Positions 30,558-41,200 of a stretch of 64,000 bases of DNA are shown here, one piece after another; the first letter of the stretch is position 1, and each line of letters starts with the position of its first letter. The DNA comes from Candidatus Cryptobacteroides sp. (GTDB lineage: Bacteria; Bacteroidota; Bacteroidia; Bacteroidales; UBA932), in contig JBJEJU010000061.1 of the NCBI GenBank assembly GCA_051878275.1, positions 890 to 64,889 of the forward strand, written 5' to 3'. A program made the position numbers and the translations under genes. The notes beneath the pieces are model-generated. The model saw only the letters and a program-made list of their open reading frames with translations. It searched no databases and was not told the origin of the DNA.

Positions 30558-33521
30558 TTACTGATTCATTTTGGAAAGCTTCCCGAGACGCATATTCACA
30601 TTGTCCGGCACATCGTCGGCAGTGCCGGAAGGGGTGTAGCCGTCACGTACGCTTTCAAACGTGGCCTTTGCCTGGCGCAGGTCCCCCCTGTCCACGAAAG
30701 AGTCGCCGAGGATGATGAAAGCCTTTGCAAGCCAGTATGTCTGGTTGGTTCCGGAGTCGGAGAATGCATACACCTGCTTCTCGACGGATTCGAAATCGCC
30801 CTTGTCGTAGCTGTCCTGGATGAGCATCACAGCAGCCTCTGCCCCCTGGGGGGTACGCACCTTGCCTGAAATGGTCTTGAGGATGGCGAAGGCCTCGTCC
30901 CTGCGGCTGACTGCAAGAAGGGACTTTGCCTTGACATAGTCTGCCATAAGCTTTTCACTGTCAGTGCTTGAGGCATCATTCCTGACGGCATCGGCATACG
31001 CCGGCACATCCTGGTAGCGCCTGCCCATATAGGCGGACTCCATCATTCCGACAGCGGAGAGATGCCTGTTCTTTTCCATGCGGGCAACACTTGCGAGAGT
31101 CCTGTATCCATCGAGCGCATCGTCATAGTGTTCAAGCTGGTAGCTCAGCTGTGCATATCCCAGCGCAGCCACCTCCTTGTATGAATCGTCCCTTCCGTCG
31201 AGGACCTTCACATAGTAGTCGCAGGCCTTTTCCTTCTGGCCCAGGCCCTTGTAGGACTCCGCCATATAGAACACGACCTGGTCGCCATACTGGCCTGCAG
31301 GATACCTGTCAAGATAGCTCTGGAGCGACACCACAGCCTTGCCGTAATTGCCTGCAAGGAAGATCTGCTCGGCGGAATTGAAGAGGAGTTCCTCCTTGTC
31401 GGCCTCGGTCTTTCCGGATGCTCCGCCAATGGTCTCAAGATAAGCCAGATAATTCTCCGGCTCCTGCCTTGCCTCATAGATGGACTCGATGGCAAGAAGG
31501 GCATCGGCACTGTACTCCGACTGCGGGAGATCCTTCACCACCCTCTTGTAGTATTCCAGGGCAGCATCATAGTCCTTTTCATTCCTTGCCAGGATACCGA
31601 GTCCAAGAAGGGCCCTTGCCTTGAATGTCTTGTCTGACGAGGATGAAAGCAGCCTTTCGTAGCAGGCGGATGCATTCTTCCGGTCCGATGCGTCAGCATA
31701 TGTGCGGGCAAGCTCATAAAGGGTCTCATTGTAGAACTGCGCGTCCGGCCTTGCGTCGAGGGCTGCCCCGAGATACTTTGTCTTCGAAGCGGCGTCACCC
31801 GACAGACCGCTGGCAATGCCTGCCTGGTAATAAGGATAAAGGTCATTTGCGCCGGGGAATGCAGACACAGCCTCACCATAGGCGGAGGCAGCATCCCTGT
31901 ATTTCTTCTGTACGAACAGGCAGTCCGCCCTCCTTATGAGGGCATCACGCTTCTGCGAAGGATTGCGTGAGGAGACATAAGTGCCGAACCATTTGTAGGC
32001 CTGGTCATAATTACCCTCCTTGAAATAGCAGTAGGCGATGTTGTAGGGAAGGAGACGGCCTTCCTCACGCCTGTCGAGGGCGCTGAGATTGTAAAGCTCT
32101 GCAAACACCTGGCGTGCCTGCCGGTACTGTCCGTCATTGTAGTATGACTCTGCAAGCCAGTAGCGTGAGAGCTGGTTGAAGCCCGACCTCCTGTCGGCAT
32201 AGAAGGCTGCAGCCTTGAGGCACGGCACGGCATTTCTCCAGGAGCCTCCCCCGATGAGCTGTTCTGCACGCAGATAATTGGCTTTCATATAGTTGCCTAT
32301 CATATCGGCATCAAGCTCGTCGATATTGTCATAGGCAGCGACAGCGCCCGCATAGTCGTGGTTGTTGAGTGCCGCCAAAGCCTGGTATGCATAAATCTGC
32401 TGGCCCTTGACACGGTCCGAGTATGTGGCAATGTACCTGTCGAATACCGAGCTGTCGTTGTTGAGGTCGAAACTGAGCTTGGCCCAGTTGAAGAAGGCAT
32501 CTTCGCGGATAGCCGGGTCGAAATCCAGCTCCGCGGCCTCCCTGAAGGCATCCATTGCAGCCACCTTGTTCCTGATCTGGATATAGCTGTAGCCCATCTG
32601 GTAGGATGCAACCTGTCCGATAGAGTCGCGCCTGTGGCCCATTGCGGAGTAGTTCTCCACAGCCCCGGCATAGTCTTTTACCGTAAAGAGCAGCGTGCCT
32701 GCATAGAAATAGTCGCTGCGGGTCTTTTCCGGAGCGTCCTTTGCCATGTCATAGTAGTCCTGCGCACGTACGGCATCACCCTTTACAAGGAACGACTCCG
32801 AGATGATGCGCGCAAAATGGCTCTTTCTCTCCTCGGGCACCCTGTCATACAGAGCGGCGCCCTCCGTGGTCACATAGTCATAGTCCTTGAGCATAAAGCG
32901 GCATTCGACCATATAGTAGTTGGACTGTTCTTCGAAACGGGCATCGATCCTGGACTGCTCAAACCACTTGAGGGCCTCGGCAAACTGTTCACGCTCATAG
33001 AGAATGTATCCGATTCCGTAGCGGGAAGGCGAAGTGAAGTCGCTGAAAGGCATCCTGTCCACTTTCCTGAATCCGTATAGGGCCCCGTCGGTGTCGCCGT
33101 TGTGGAAATCGCAGTATGCCCTCTTGTAGAGGAATTCCGCGCGGTCCGCCCCATCCACGAGAGCGTCCGGGATGATGTTGAACTGATGACCGGCCGTGGC
33201 AAAGTCCCCGTCATCGAAGTAATTGAGGGCCATGCGCATACGGATTTTGGCCGAGAGGCCTGTCCAGCCGTTTGCCTCCATGTAGGCATCTGCCGCTTCC
33301 TCATATCCGCCGGTGCGCAGCTCCACGCTGCAGAGCACCCGGTATCCCTCCGCGACCGGTCCCGGGATTGCCGCAAATTCATTCATTGCCTTTGAGAGCA
33401 TCCCTGCGTCATACATCGCCAGGGCATGCTCAAAGTCAGGTGTCCCCTTATGTTCCTGGGCCGCCGAAGTAAGGGCAAGCAGTGCCGCCGCGGCGCAGGA
33501 GAGTATCGTTTTCTTAGTCAT
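30558..33521 (-). CDS. Large exported tetratricopeptide-repeat protein
   Basis: Signal peptide from MTKKT (33521) and many TPR units (YWLAESYY, YNIAYCYF, YELARTY, FYMAESY). Confidence 0.9.
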   Translation of the reverse strand: MTKKTILSCAAAALLALTSAAQEHKGTPDFEHALAMYDAGMLSKAMNEFAAIPGPVAEGYRVLCSVELRTGGYEEAADAYMEANGWTGLSAKIRMRMALNYFDDGDFATAGHQFNIIPDALVDGADRAEFLYKRAYCDFHNGDTDGALYGFRKVDRMPFSDFTSPSRYGIGYILYEREQFAEALKWFEQSRIDARFEEQSNYYMVECRFMLKDYDYVTTEGAALYDRVPEERKSHFARIISESFLVKGDAVRAQDYYDMAKDAPEKTRSDYFYAGTLLFTVKDYAGAVENYSAMGHRRDSIGQVASYQMGYSYIQIRNKVAAMDAFREAAELDFDPAIREDAFFNWAKLSFDLNNDSSVFDRYIATYSDRVKGQQIYAYQALAALNNHDYAGAVAAYDNIDELDADMIGNYMKANYLRAEQLIGGGSWRNAVPCLKAAAFYADRRSGFNQLSRYWLAESYYNDGQYRQARQVFAELYNLSALDRREEGRLLPYNIAYCYFKEGNYDQAYKWFGTYVSSRNPSQKRDALIRRADCLFVQKKYRDAASAYGEAVSAFPGANDLYPYYQAGIASGLSGDAASKTKYLGAALDARPDAQFYNETLYELARTYADASDRKNASACYERLLSSSSDKTFKARALLGLGILARNEKDYDAALEYYKRVVKDLPQSEYSADALLAIESIYEARQEPENYLAYLETIGGASGKTEADKEELLFNSAEQIFLAGNYGKAVVSLQSYLDRYPAGQYGDQVVFYMAESYKGLGQKEKACDYYVKVLDGRDDSYKEVAALGYAQLSYQLEHYDDALDGYRTLASVARMEKNRHLSAVGMMESAYMGRRYQDVPAYADAVRNDASSTDSEKLMADYVKAKSLLAVSRRDEAFAILKTISGKVRTPQGAEAAVMLIQDSYDKGDFESVEKQVYAFSDSGTNQTYWLAKAFIILGDSFVDRGDLRQAKATFESVRDGYTPSGTADDVPDNVNMRLGKLSKMNQ

Positions 33522-33588
33522 AGTCCATACTTGATTCAAGTTCCGTACCCCGGAAACCCGAGGTTTCGCAAAAGCCGAACCTAAACTA

Positions 33589-33616
33589 CAAAATTAAGAA
33601 AATTTTTCTATATTTG
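33589..33616. promoter_or_regulatory. Overlapping divergent promoters (TPR operon and ftsE-like gene)
   Basis: TAATTTTG on minus (33589-33596) and TATATTTG on plus (33609-33616). Confidence 0.6.
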
Positions 33617-33645
33617 TCTGATTTGTATCTGCACCCATTCGCAAT

Positions 33646-34383
33646 ATGGAAGAAAACGGAAATACCGCTGCCGGCGGCCGGGTCCCTGTCATTTCATTCA
33701 GGAACGCCGACATCATCAACGGGGAAAACACTGTCATCTACGATATGGACATGGATGTTTTTCCGGGAGATTTCGTGTACATTGTCGGAAAAGTCGGCAC
33801 CGGAAAGACCTCGATCATCCGTACGATGATTGCCGAAAACAGGCTCGGAAAAGGCTCCGGTACAGTCTGCGGCTATAATCTTGAAGACATCAGGGACAAG
33901 GACATACCTTTCCTGCGGCGCAGGCTCGGGGTGGTTTTCCAGGATTTCCAGCTTCTGTCGGACCGCAATGTCTCGGACAATCTCGAGTTTGTGCTTCGTG
34001 CTACCGGGCACAAGGACAAAGAACTCATTTCCAAGAGGATAAGCAAAGTTCTTGAGGATGTGGGCATGGACAGGAAGGCCCACAAGATGCCCCACCAGCT
34101 TTCCGGGGGCGAGCAGCAGAGAATTGCCATCGCCCGTGCGCTTCTCGGGGAGCCAGAAGTCATCATTGCGGACGAGCCTACCGGCAACCTCGACAGCGAG
34201 ACAGCCGACGGCATCATGAACCTCCTGATGGAGATCAACCGCGGGGGCACCGCAATCGTAATGGTCACCCACAACCGCAGCATCTTCGAGCGCTATCCGG
34301 GCCGCACTTTCGTATGCCGCAATGAGTCCTGCGAAGAACAGGACGAGGACTATGACGTCATAGACCTCGGAATCACGATTTAG
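33646..34383 (+). CDS. ftsE: FtsE-like ABC ATP-binding protein
   Basis: [34 protein letters not shown] and ADEPTGNLD. Confidence 0.75.
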   Translation: MEENGNTAAGGRVPVISFRNADIINGENTVIYDMDMDVFPGDFVYIVGKVGTGKTSIIRTMIAENRLGKGSGTVCGYNLEDIRDKDIPFLRRRLGVVFQDFQLLSDRNVSDNLEFVLRATGHKDKELISKRISKVLEDVGMDRKAHKMPHQLSGGEQQRIAIARALLGEPEVIIADEPTGNLDSETADGIMNLLMEINRGGTAIVMVTHNRSIFERYPGRTFVCRNESCEEQDEDYDVIDLGITI

Positions 34384-34411
34384 AAGCTGCTTCCTTCAAT
34401 ACTGCACAGCC

Positions 34412-35056
34412 ATGGATTCAAGGGCAATTTTCGACTGGTTCCGAGCCAACAATCCCGCACCGCGGACAGAACTGCACTACAGGGACCCCTTCGGACTTCT
34501 CGTTGCAGTGATTCTTTCTGCCCAGTGCACCGACAAACGCGTCAACATGGTCACCCCCGCCCTTCTGGAGCGGTATCCCGACGCCAGGTCCATGGCCGCG
34601 GCAGGCTTTGACGAACTTTTCTCATTCATTTCAAGCATTTCATATCCGCGCAGCAAGGCCACGCACCTCATCGGGATGGCATCGAAGCTGGTGTCCGATT
34701 TCGGCGGCACGGTCCCTTCCGGCATCGATGAACTGATGTCACTTCCCGGCGTCGGCAGGAAAACGGCCAACGTGATTGCATCCGTCGTATATGACAAGCC
34801 GGTGATTGCCGTTGACACCCATGTTTTCAGGGTAGCACACCGCCTGGGACTCTCCGCGGGCAAGACTCCCGATGCCGTGGAAAAGGATCTGGAGGCTGTT
34901 GTGCCGGTGGAGGACCGTGCTGCAGCCCACCACTGGCTCATCCTTCACGGAAGATACACCTGCACCGCCCGCAATCCCAAATGCGGGGAATGCGGACTTT
35001 CCGGCCTGTGCCCGGAATACTGCAGGAAAGCATCAGGCCTGAAAGCCGGCCAATAA
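34412..35056 (+). CDS. nth: Endonuclease III
   Basis: LSAQCTD, LPGVGRKTA (HhH), VDTHV and C-x6-C-x2-C-x5-C. Confidence 0.96.
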   Translation: MDSRAIFDWFRANNPAPRTELHYRDPFGLLVAVILSAQCTDKRVNMVTPALLERYPDARSMAAAGFDELFSFISSISYPRSKATHLIGMASKLVSDFGGTVPSGIDELMSLPGVGRKTANVIASVVYDKPVIAVDTHVFRVAHRLGLSAGKTPDAVEKDLEAVVPVEDRAAAHHWLILHGRYTCTARNPKCGECGLSGLCPEYCRKASGLKAGQ

Positions 35057-35082
35057 TGCCGGAAACGGGAAGCCTGGGCAGG

Positions 35083-36426
35083 CTATTGCCTGACGGTCAG
35101 CTCCACAATCCTGTCGGTATCATCCGGAATATCCCCGATATGGATGAGTACTCCCCCTCCCTTGACCGGGTCAAACCGCACCGGACCTCCCGTATTGAGA
35201 CATTTTGCTGTCAATACCTTGCCGCCGTAAGGCAGGAAGAGGGCATCGTCCCCGCAGTCAAGTATGTGGACATAGAGCCGGTCCCCCTTTCTTGTAGTCA
35301 CGCCCCACGGATGCGGTTCCACATCGCCCTTGCGGGTGCCGTAGATGCTTTCGCCATAGCGCCCGAGCCACCGGCCCATCTCCCTGAGCCTTTCGACCGC
35401 AGTTTCAGGCAGCTTTCCGTCAGGCTGCGGACCTATGTTGAGAAGAAGGTTGCCTCCAAGACCGGCCGCACGCACAAGGTAGCGGATAAGAGTTTCCGTG
35501 GACTTGTAGTCAAGGTCCGTTATCTTGTAGCCCCACATTCCGTTCATGGTCTGGCAGGTCTCCAGCGGAAGAGGGCTTATGTCCTGCCCTGAAAGCCCAG
35601 CTGTGTTCTCGCCCGGAAGGTCCCTCTCGAAAATCTGGATGTCCTCACCCTCAAACGGCACGAGATGGTGGTTGTTGCCCACAAGACAGGACGGCTGGAG
35701 AGAATGGATATGGTCGTACAGGCCCTTCAGGCGCCAGTCAAAATCCGGGTTCCCGTCCTGGTCCCAGACTCCGTCAAACCAGATGGCGCCCACAGGGCCG
35801 TAGCCGGTGAGCAGCTCGGTGAGCTGGGCTTTCATGAAACTGTAGTAATGGTCATAGTCAATGCCTGTCCCGGGCCTTCCCGTACCGAGTCCGGTCCTTC
35901 CGCGCGGACAGTCGTCGCGATACCAGTCAATCAGCGAATAATACAGATGCAACCGTATGCCCTGCCCGCGGCATTCCTCCGCAAGTGCGCCCACTATATC
36001 CCTGCCGTACGGGGTTGCATCCACGATATCGTAGTCAGTAGCAGCCGAATCCCACATCGAGAAACCGTCGTGATGGCGGGTGGTAAAGCATACATAACCG
36101 GCACCGGACGCCTTGATTGCCGACACCCATTCCGAGGCATCGAAATCGTGGGGATAGAACGCATTGGCCAGCTTTGCATACTCAAGGTAATTGATGTCAC
36201 GGTTGGTCATTGTCCACTCTCCCGTCCCGAGCATCGAGTAGAGTCCCCAATGGATGAAAATGCCGAATTTGGCATCCTGGAATTCATCCCTGGCCTGCAG
36301 GTTGCCTTCGGAAGGGACATAAGTGCCGCTGTCCTGAAGGGGCTGCTGACAAAAGCGCACAGGCTGCGCCGGCAGGAGGACACAGGTAAAAAAACATATT
36401 GCCAGGATAAAAAATCTTGCTTTCAT
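35083..36426 (-). CDS. Alpha-L-fucosidase (GH29)
   Basis: Start taken at MKARFF. KFGIFIHWG, TTRHHDGF, IWFDG nucleophile and LLLNIGP. Confidence 0.92.
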   Translation of the reverse strand: MKARFFILAICFFTCVLLPAQPVRFCQQPLQDSGTYVPSEGNLQARDEFQDAKFGIFIHWGLYSMLGTGEWTMTNRDINYLEYAKLANAFYPHDFDASEWVSAIKASGAGYVCFTTRHHDGFSMWDSAATDYDIVDATPYGRDIVGALAEECRGQGIRLHLYYSLIDWYRDDCPRGRTGLGTGRPGTGIDYDHYYSFMKAQLTELLTGYGPVGAIWFDGVWDQDGNPDFDWRLKGLYDHIHSLQPSCLVGNNHHLVPFEGEDIQIFERDLPGENTAGLSGQDISPLPLETCQTMNGMWGYKITDLDYKSTETLIRYLVRAAGLGGNLLLNIGPQPDGKLPETAVERLREMGRWLGRYGESIYGTRKGDVEPHPWGVTTRKGDRLYVHILDCGDDALFLPYGGKVLTAKCLNTGGPVRFDPVKGGGVLIHIGDIPDDTDRIVELTVRQ

Positions 36427-36452
36427 AAAAAAGTTGCTTTGAAATAACCACT

Positions 36453-38486
36453 CTAATCGGCTGCTCCGGCTGCTTTCATCACAAGCACAAACCCGCAGTT
36501 CCGGGGCAGTATGAGGGAAAGTGTCCGCGGGCCCCTGCGCCTTTTGGCACGCAGCCCCGGGGTGCATACGCGAAGGCTTTCCGGAGAATCGTCAATATAA
36601 AGCCGTGCATCGGCATCCTCCGCATCCGCCCCGATCACCGAAGGGTCAAAGACAACATCAAAATCCGCTTCTTCAGCATTGATTCCGGCCACATACCACC
36701 GGTCTCCGCTCCGGCGGGCAATGACCACGTTTTTTCCCGGATACCCTCCGATGAAACGCACATCGTCCCATACCACAGGCACATCCCTCATGAAGCCAAT
36801 CGCTTCCGCCGGGGCATCCTCCAGGTTGTTCGGGGCAAGGGCGAAATTCTGGACAGGATTCTGGAAGAGCACGGCCGTAGCCAGTTCGAACGCATCCCCC
36901 GTGCGGCGCACATTGCCGCTGCTGTTGTCCCTTGACATCCTGCGGTTGAGGAACGTACCGCCGAATTCCATGATACCCACGGAGTTGCGGATGAACGGAT
37001 GCAGGCAGGCGCTGAAGGCCTCAAGGTCGCAGAACTGCTGGCCGAAGATAAGGTTTTCCGATGCAAGCACCGCCTCGGAGCCCACATAGTTGGGATACAT
37101 CCTTTCCCAGCCCCTCGGCATCGTGCATCCGTGGAATACCACGTCGATTCCGTAATCCGCGGCATCGCTGAGGATGTCCTCATAAAGCCTCATGGTCTCC
37201 TGCTTGTCGCCTCCGAAAAAATCCACCTTGATGGCGCTGACTCCTATGCTCCGGAGCCACTCCATTTCTTTTTTGCGCACAATCGGGCGGTCCATCCGGT
37301 TGACAGGGCCCTGGGAGATGTCGTTCCAGTGTCCGCTGGAAGAGTACCATACAATGAGGTTCACTCCGAGGCTCCGGGCGTATTCCGCGAGAGAGGCCAT
37401 CCCTTCGCGGCCGATGGTGCTGTCCCACCAGTTGTCCACCAGCACATTGCTGTAACCCATCTGGGCCGCAAAATCAATATACGTCTTCTGGTCATCGTAA
37501 TTGATGCTGCCGTCCTGCCAGAGAATCCAGCTCCAGGTCCCCTTGCCGGGACGGGCCGGACGGGAGGTCCCATAAAGCGGCTCCACCACATCCCACGGTA
37601 TGGTGGTCTCGACTATCGGTGCAAGCGTGGCACCAACCGTGATTGTCCTCCAAGGTGTTTTCCCGGGGAGCGCAATCCCCGGAGAGGCACTTCCGTTGCC
37701 GTTGTTCTCTTCGGGCATAGGATAGGCTATGGTGTAGAGCCCGTCATGGAAGTCGCTGAGCCTTGAGCCGCAATAATACCCGTCAACTCCCGACTCCGAA
37801 AGGAGGACCCAGCTGCTGTCACCAACTTTGAAAAGGGCAGGGAAAGTGTATCCGTGACCATATTGCGACGGGGAGTCCATCGGTGCATCCGCAGTGTAGA
37901 ACTCCTCATAACTCGGCTTTGTACGCATCCAGCCTATCATCGCATCGCTCTGCGGTGTCAGGAATGTCGTGGTCCCCTCCGGAAAACGGAAGGAGGTCGC
38001 CTCGGACCGGACTACCATACTGCCTGTCCCGCCCTGTCGCGGAATCAGATAGCGGAAGGCAACATCATTGTCGGCCACATGCCACTCCACTGACATCTCC
38101 CGGCCTTCCGGTCCGGCAAACGTGACGATGCATCCGTTGGCCCGCACCTCGATGCAGCTTTTCTTGATTTTATCCTGCCGGTAGGTATATTCCTTTGAAA
38201 AAAAGGATGATGATACGATTGACATATCCCTTGAGAAATCGCCCACATTGGAGGTGAAGCCAAGAGGGGATTGCCCGATCATCACTTTTCCTGCGTAGCT
38301 GATGCCATATACCGGCACTCCCCCGTCGGTATCTACCGTGACAGAGAGCTTACCGTCAGGGCTCACTATCGATACCTGCTCCCCGGCATCGTGGGAGGCA
38401 TCATCCCGCGCGGGAGCAGCCACGGCAGGGAAATGGAGCAGCGCTGCTGCCGCAAAAGTTGTAACAAAAGTGTAAAGATTCATCAT
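36453..38486 (-). CDS. GH97 glycoside hydrolase (retaining-type signature)
   Basis: SPDGKL, YEE, TPWR, IKVDFF (Asp nucleophile position of retaining GH97) and FHG..PRGWERMYPN...EAV. Confidence 0.9.
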   Translation of the reverse strand: MMNLYTFVTTFAAAALLHFPAVAAPARDDASHDAGEQVSIVSPDGKLSVTVDTDGGVPVYGISYAGKVMIGQSPLGFTSNVGDFSRDMSIVSSSFFSKEYTYRQDKIKKSCIEVRANGCIVTFAGPEGREMSVEWHVADNDVAFRYLIPRQGGTGSMVVRSEATSFRFPEGTTTFLTPQSDAMIGWMRTKPSYEEFYTADAPMDSPSQYGHGYTFPALFKVGDSSWVLLSESGVDGYYCGSRLSDFHDGLYTIAYPMPEENNGNGSASPGIALPGKTPWRTITVGATLAPIVETTIPWDVVEPLYGTSRPARPGKGTWSWILWQDGSINYDDQKTYIDFAAQMGYSNVLVDNWWDSTIGREGMASLAEYARSLGVNLIVWYSSSGHWNDISQGPVNRMDRPIVRKKEMEWLRSIGVSAIKVDFFGGDKQETMRLYEDILSDAADYGIDVVFHGCTMPRGWERMYPNYVGSEAVLASENLIFGQQFCDLEAFSACLHPFIRNSVGIMEFGGTFLNRRMSRDNSSGNVRRTGDAFELATAVLFQNPVQNFALAPNNLEDAPAEAIGFMRDVPVVWDDVRFIGGYPGKNVVIARRSGDRWYVAGINAEEADFDVVFDPSVIGADAEDADARLYIDDSPESLRVCTPGLRAKRRRGPRTLSLILPRNCGFVLVMKAAGAAD

Positions 38487-40939
38487 TTCAAACTGTATAT
38501 TACTGATTTCAACTGTTCTGAAAGAGAGGTGTTGTAGCCCTGTGAAGCATATACCACGCGGCCGAAACTGTCTGCAACTATTATCAGAGGAAGCCTTGAC
38601 ACGGTATCAGGAAAACATCCTTCCTTCACCATGGCGAGTATCTTTCCGTCCGGATCCGTACCGTATGAGACATTGCCGATGCCGCCAAGATATGTCCCGA
38701 TACGCCCGCATCCGGCCTCGTCCGGGCCGATTACGACCAGGGTCCTTCCCCAATCGGAGAGCTCCTGCGAGGTGGCGGCAAGCTGCCTCAGTGCGTGGAT
38801 TGAAGGCTCCGAGAAATCGCCGAACACTGCCATTGCAAAATAGCCCCTTCCCGTAATTGACAGGAGTGTCCTTTCAGGCTGTCCGAGCGGCTTGCAGGTC
38901 TTCTCGGCATCGATGTTGCCCCTTACCACGACATCCCCTTCATTCTGCTTAAGTACAAGGGGCACAACCGTTTCCCTGCCTTCCTCGACATTGAAGAACT
39001 CCATATGGGCGGTCACGCTTCCGTCCGCCTTCCTGACACCGGAAGCCAGAAGATACGACCCCGCCTCAAGCGGATACGGCCCGGCCAGGATCTCCTTCCA
39101 GCCAAGGGAAGCATTTTCATCGAAATTGAGCAGCATCGCCCTGCCACCTTCGATGCGAGATATGGTGAAATGCCTGTAATACAGAGGGTTGGCAAGCCAT
39201 GAAACAGGGTCATACTCAGCCCTGACGGTGCCATATACAGCCGTTTTCTGGATTTCCTCCTCCCATTTCACATCCTTCCACTCCCCTCCTTCAAGATACT
39301 GGGTCTTCCCTGTAATGTCATCTATGCGTGCCTCGAAACCCTTGCTCCTGCATGCTGCGACAAAGAAAATGTTGCGCGAACGCGAATCCGCCGTCCTTGT
39401 ACGCCATACGGAAAGCGGAGGCACATAGAGTCCCTGCGGATTGAGGCTGTCGTCCACCCTTATGCTGTCCCGGGTCCACTCGAAAATCTCCTGTGGGGAA
39501 CCCGCGTCAAGCCCATCCCCGATTATCCTGAAATATGGGACAAGAGGTTCGTATGATACCCTCGGGCAGTCACGGAAAGGCCTGAAAGCCCCGTCACAAT
39601 GCTCCAAAGCCTCTTCAAGCACATCAGCCCTTACATCTCCAAGGTCCTTTTTCGACAGGGAGGCAAGCAGGGCGGGAGCATTCTCCCCCGGATGGGCGTC
39701 AAGAAATGCCCTGATGACGGCATCATTGCCTTTCGGACGGGCAAGCCTTACGGAATCCTCATAGGCAAGGCGCATGGCATTGTCCCTGGCCTGCCCGGGC
39801 GTCGCAGCAGAAGGAATAGGGTTTTCCACCGGTGGAACCATCTCAAAATCAGCGGAGAACACTTCCCCTTCAGTATGGTCGAGGACTACCCTCGTCATCC
39901 CTGATGAAGCCTTGGCAAGACCGAATTTTCCATCTTTGAAGGCCCAGGCCAGGATGTCACCGCAGCCGGTATCAAGGCCGGCCCGGCCGTCAGGACCGGT
40001 CACGACAGAAGCCACCGTGTAGAACTCGGCATAGTTGTAGATCTTGAACCCGACCGTCGCACCTTCAACTGCATTTCCCTGAAGGTCAACTACTTCAACC
40101 TCCGTGCGGCGCGTAGGGATATAGCTTTTTATGACATTGATTTCCGTATAGGCACGGGTGCGGCTGATTACATCCTCCGGTCCGTCATAGTCACCGAATG
40201 CACGTGTATGGAGCAGCATCGCCCTTGATACCGGTGCATTGAACCAGGCGAGGTCAAGCACGGGCTCGGGCTCGCAGGCTCCCATGAAATGCCATCCGCC
40301 ATCGATATAGACCTCCACCCAGGCATGGTTGTCATCGGTGTGTGCCCATCTCGGAGTATAGACCTGCCTTGCAGGGATTCCGGCGGCCCTCAGGGCAGCC
40401 ACGGCGAGCACCGACTCTTCCCCGCACCGGCCGAGTCCAGCCGAGATTGTACCCGTTGGAGGCAGCGTGCGGGCATCCGTAGGGGTATATGTCGCCATCT
40501 CGTGGCACCAATGATTGATTTCCAGGGCAGCTTCGCGCGCATCCATCCCTTTTACACGGGCACAAAGCTCGTCGGCATACAGGAGGCGGAAATCATCCAG
40601 GGCCTCATTGTTGGCCCTTACAGGCAGTACGAAGTGGCGGAATTCGCGCTCCGGGACATCCCAGGAAGCATTTTTCCGGACCTCGAGCGTCTTGCGGACA
40701 TTGGCAAGCCAGTAGGAAAAAGGATATGCCATATCCGGAAGGGGCATCGATTCATAGAGAAATGCGAGGTATTCATCCTCCTGCGGCGTGATATCGGACG
40801 GCCGGGACGAGACGATTTCCCCGGCCACAGACTCCGGCAGGGATGCAAGTATGCTGTCCAGGCGGTCACCGCGGTTTGTGCAGGAATCAACCGGGAAAAG
40901 CAGGATTGCGGCAAGCGCGAATGGGATCAACTGTTTCAT
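38483..40939 (-). CDS. Transglutaminase-like (PNGase-like) lipoprotein
   Basis: Lipobox VDSC and GRCGEES...NHAWVEV...ACEP. A second TGase-like repeat is degenerate. ATGA overlap with GH97; -7 box at 40963-40970. Confidence 0.88.
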   Translation of the reverse strand: MKQLIPFALAAILLFPVDSCTNRGDRLDSILASLPESVAGEIVSSRPSDITPQEDEYLAFLYESMPLPDMAYPFSYWLANVRKTLEVRKNASWDVPEREFRHFVLPVRANNEALDDFRLLYADELCARVKGMDAREAALEINHWCHEMATYTPTDARTLPPTGTISAGLGRCGEESVLAVAALRAAGIPARQVYTPRWAHTDDNHAWVEVYIDGGWHFMGACEPEPVLDLAWFNAPVSRAMLLHTRAFGDYDGPEDVISRTRAYTEINVIKSYIPTRRTEVEVVDLQGNAVEGATVGFKIYNYAEFYTVASVVTGPDGRAGLDTGCGDILAWAFKDGKFGLAKASSGMTRVVLDHTEGEVFSADFEMVPPVENPIPSAATPGQARDNAMRLAYEDSVRLARPKGNDAVIRAFLDAHPGENAPALLASLSKKDLGDVRADVLEEALEHCDGAFRPFRDCPRVSYEPLVPYFRIIGDGLDAGSPQEIFEWTRDSIRVDDSLNPQGLYVPPLSVWRTRTADSRSRNIFFVAACRSKGFEARIDDITGKTQYLEGGEWKDVKWEEEIQKTAVYGTVRAEYDPVSWLANPLYYRHFTISRIEGGRAMLLNFDENASLGWKEILAGPYPLEAGSYLLASGVRKADGSVTAHMEFFNVEEGRETVVPLVLKQNEGDVVVRGNIDAEKTCKPLGQPERTLLSITGRGYFAMAVFGDFSEPSIHALRQLAATSQELSDWGRTLVVIGPDEAGCGRIGTYLGGIGNVSYGTDPDGKILAMVKEGCFPDTVSRLPLIIVADSFGRVVYASQGYNTSLSEQLKSVIYSLK

Positions 40940-41115
40940 TGCAGATATATTGTATCAATTTACAAATATAAGCTTTTCTTCGGAAACAGTAATCCGTCTC
41001 TGGTTTGACTTGGATTTCCGGGGTCAGGATTTCTCCCGAAGATGGACGTGAGCGGTAAAGGGCCGGAAAGACCGGAAAAATGAAGCAGGTTAAAATAAGA
41101 AGATCACCACAGCAC

Positions 41116-41145
41116 AAAAAAAAACGGCAACCGCTCCGGCTGCCG
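41116..41145 (-). terminator. Intrinsic terminator of the ferredoxin gene
   Basis: Minus strand: CGGCAGCCG-GAG-CGGTTGCCG followed by T9. Confidence 0.8.
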
Positions 41146-41200
41146 ATTTGCTGCTGTCCCGACGGGCTGTGCCCCGGACGGGAATCCCAGGATGAAATCC

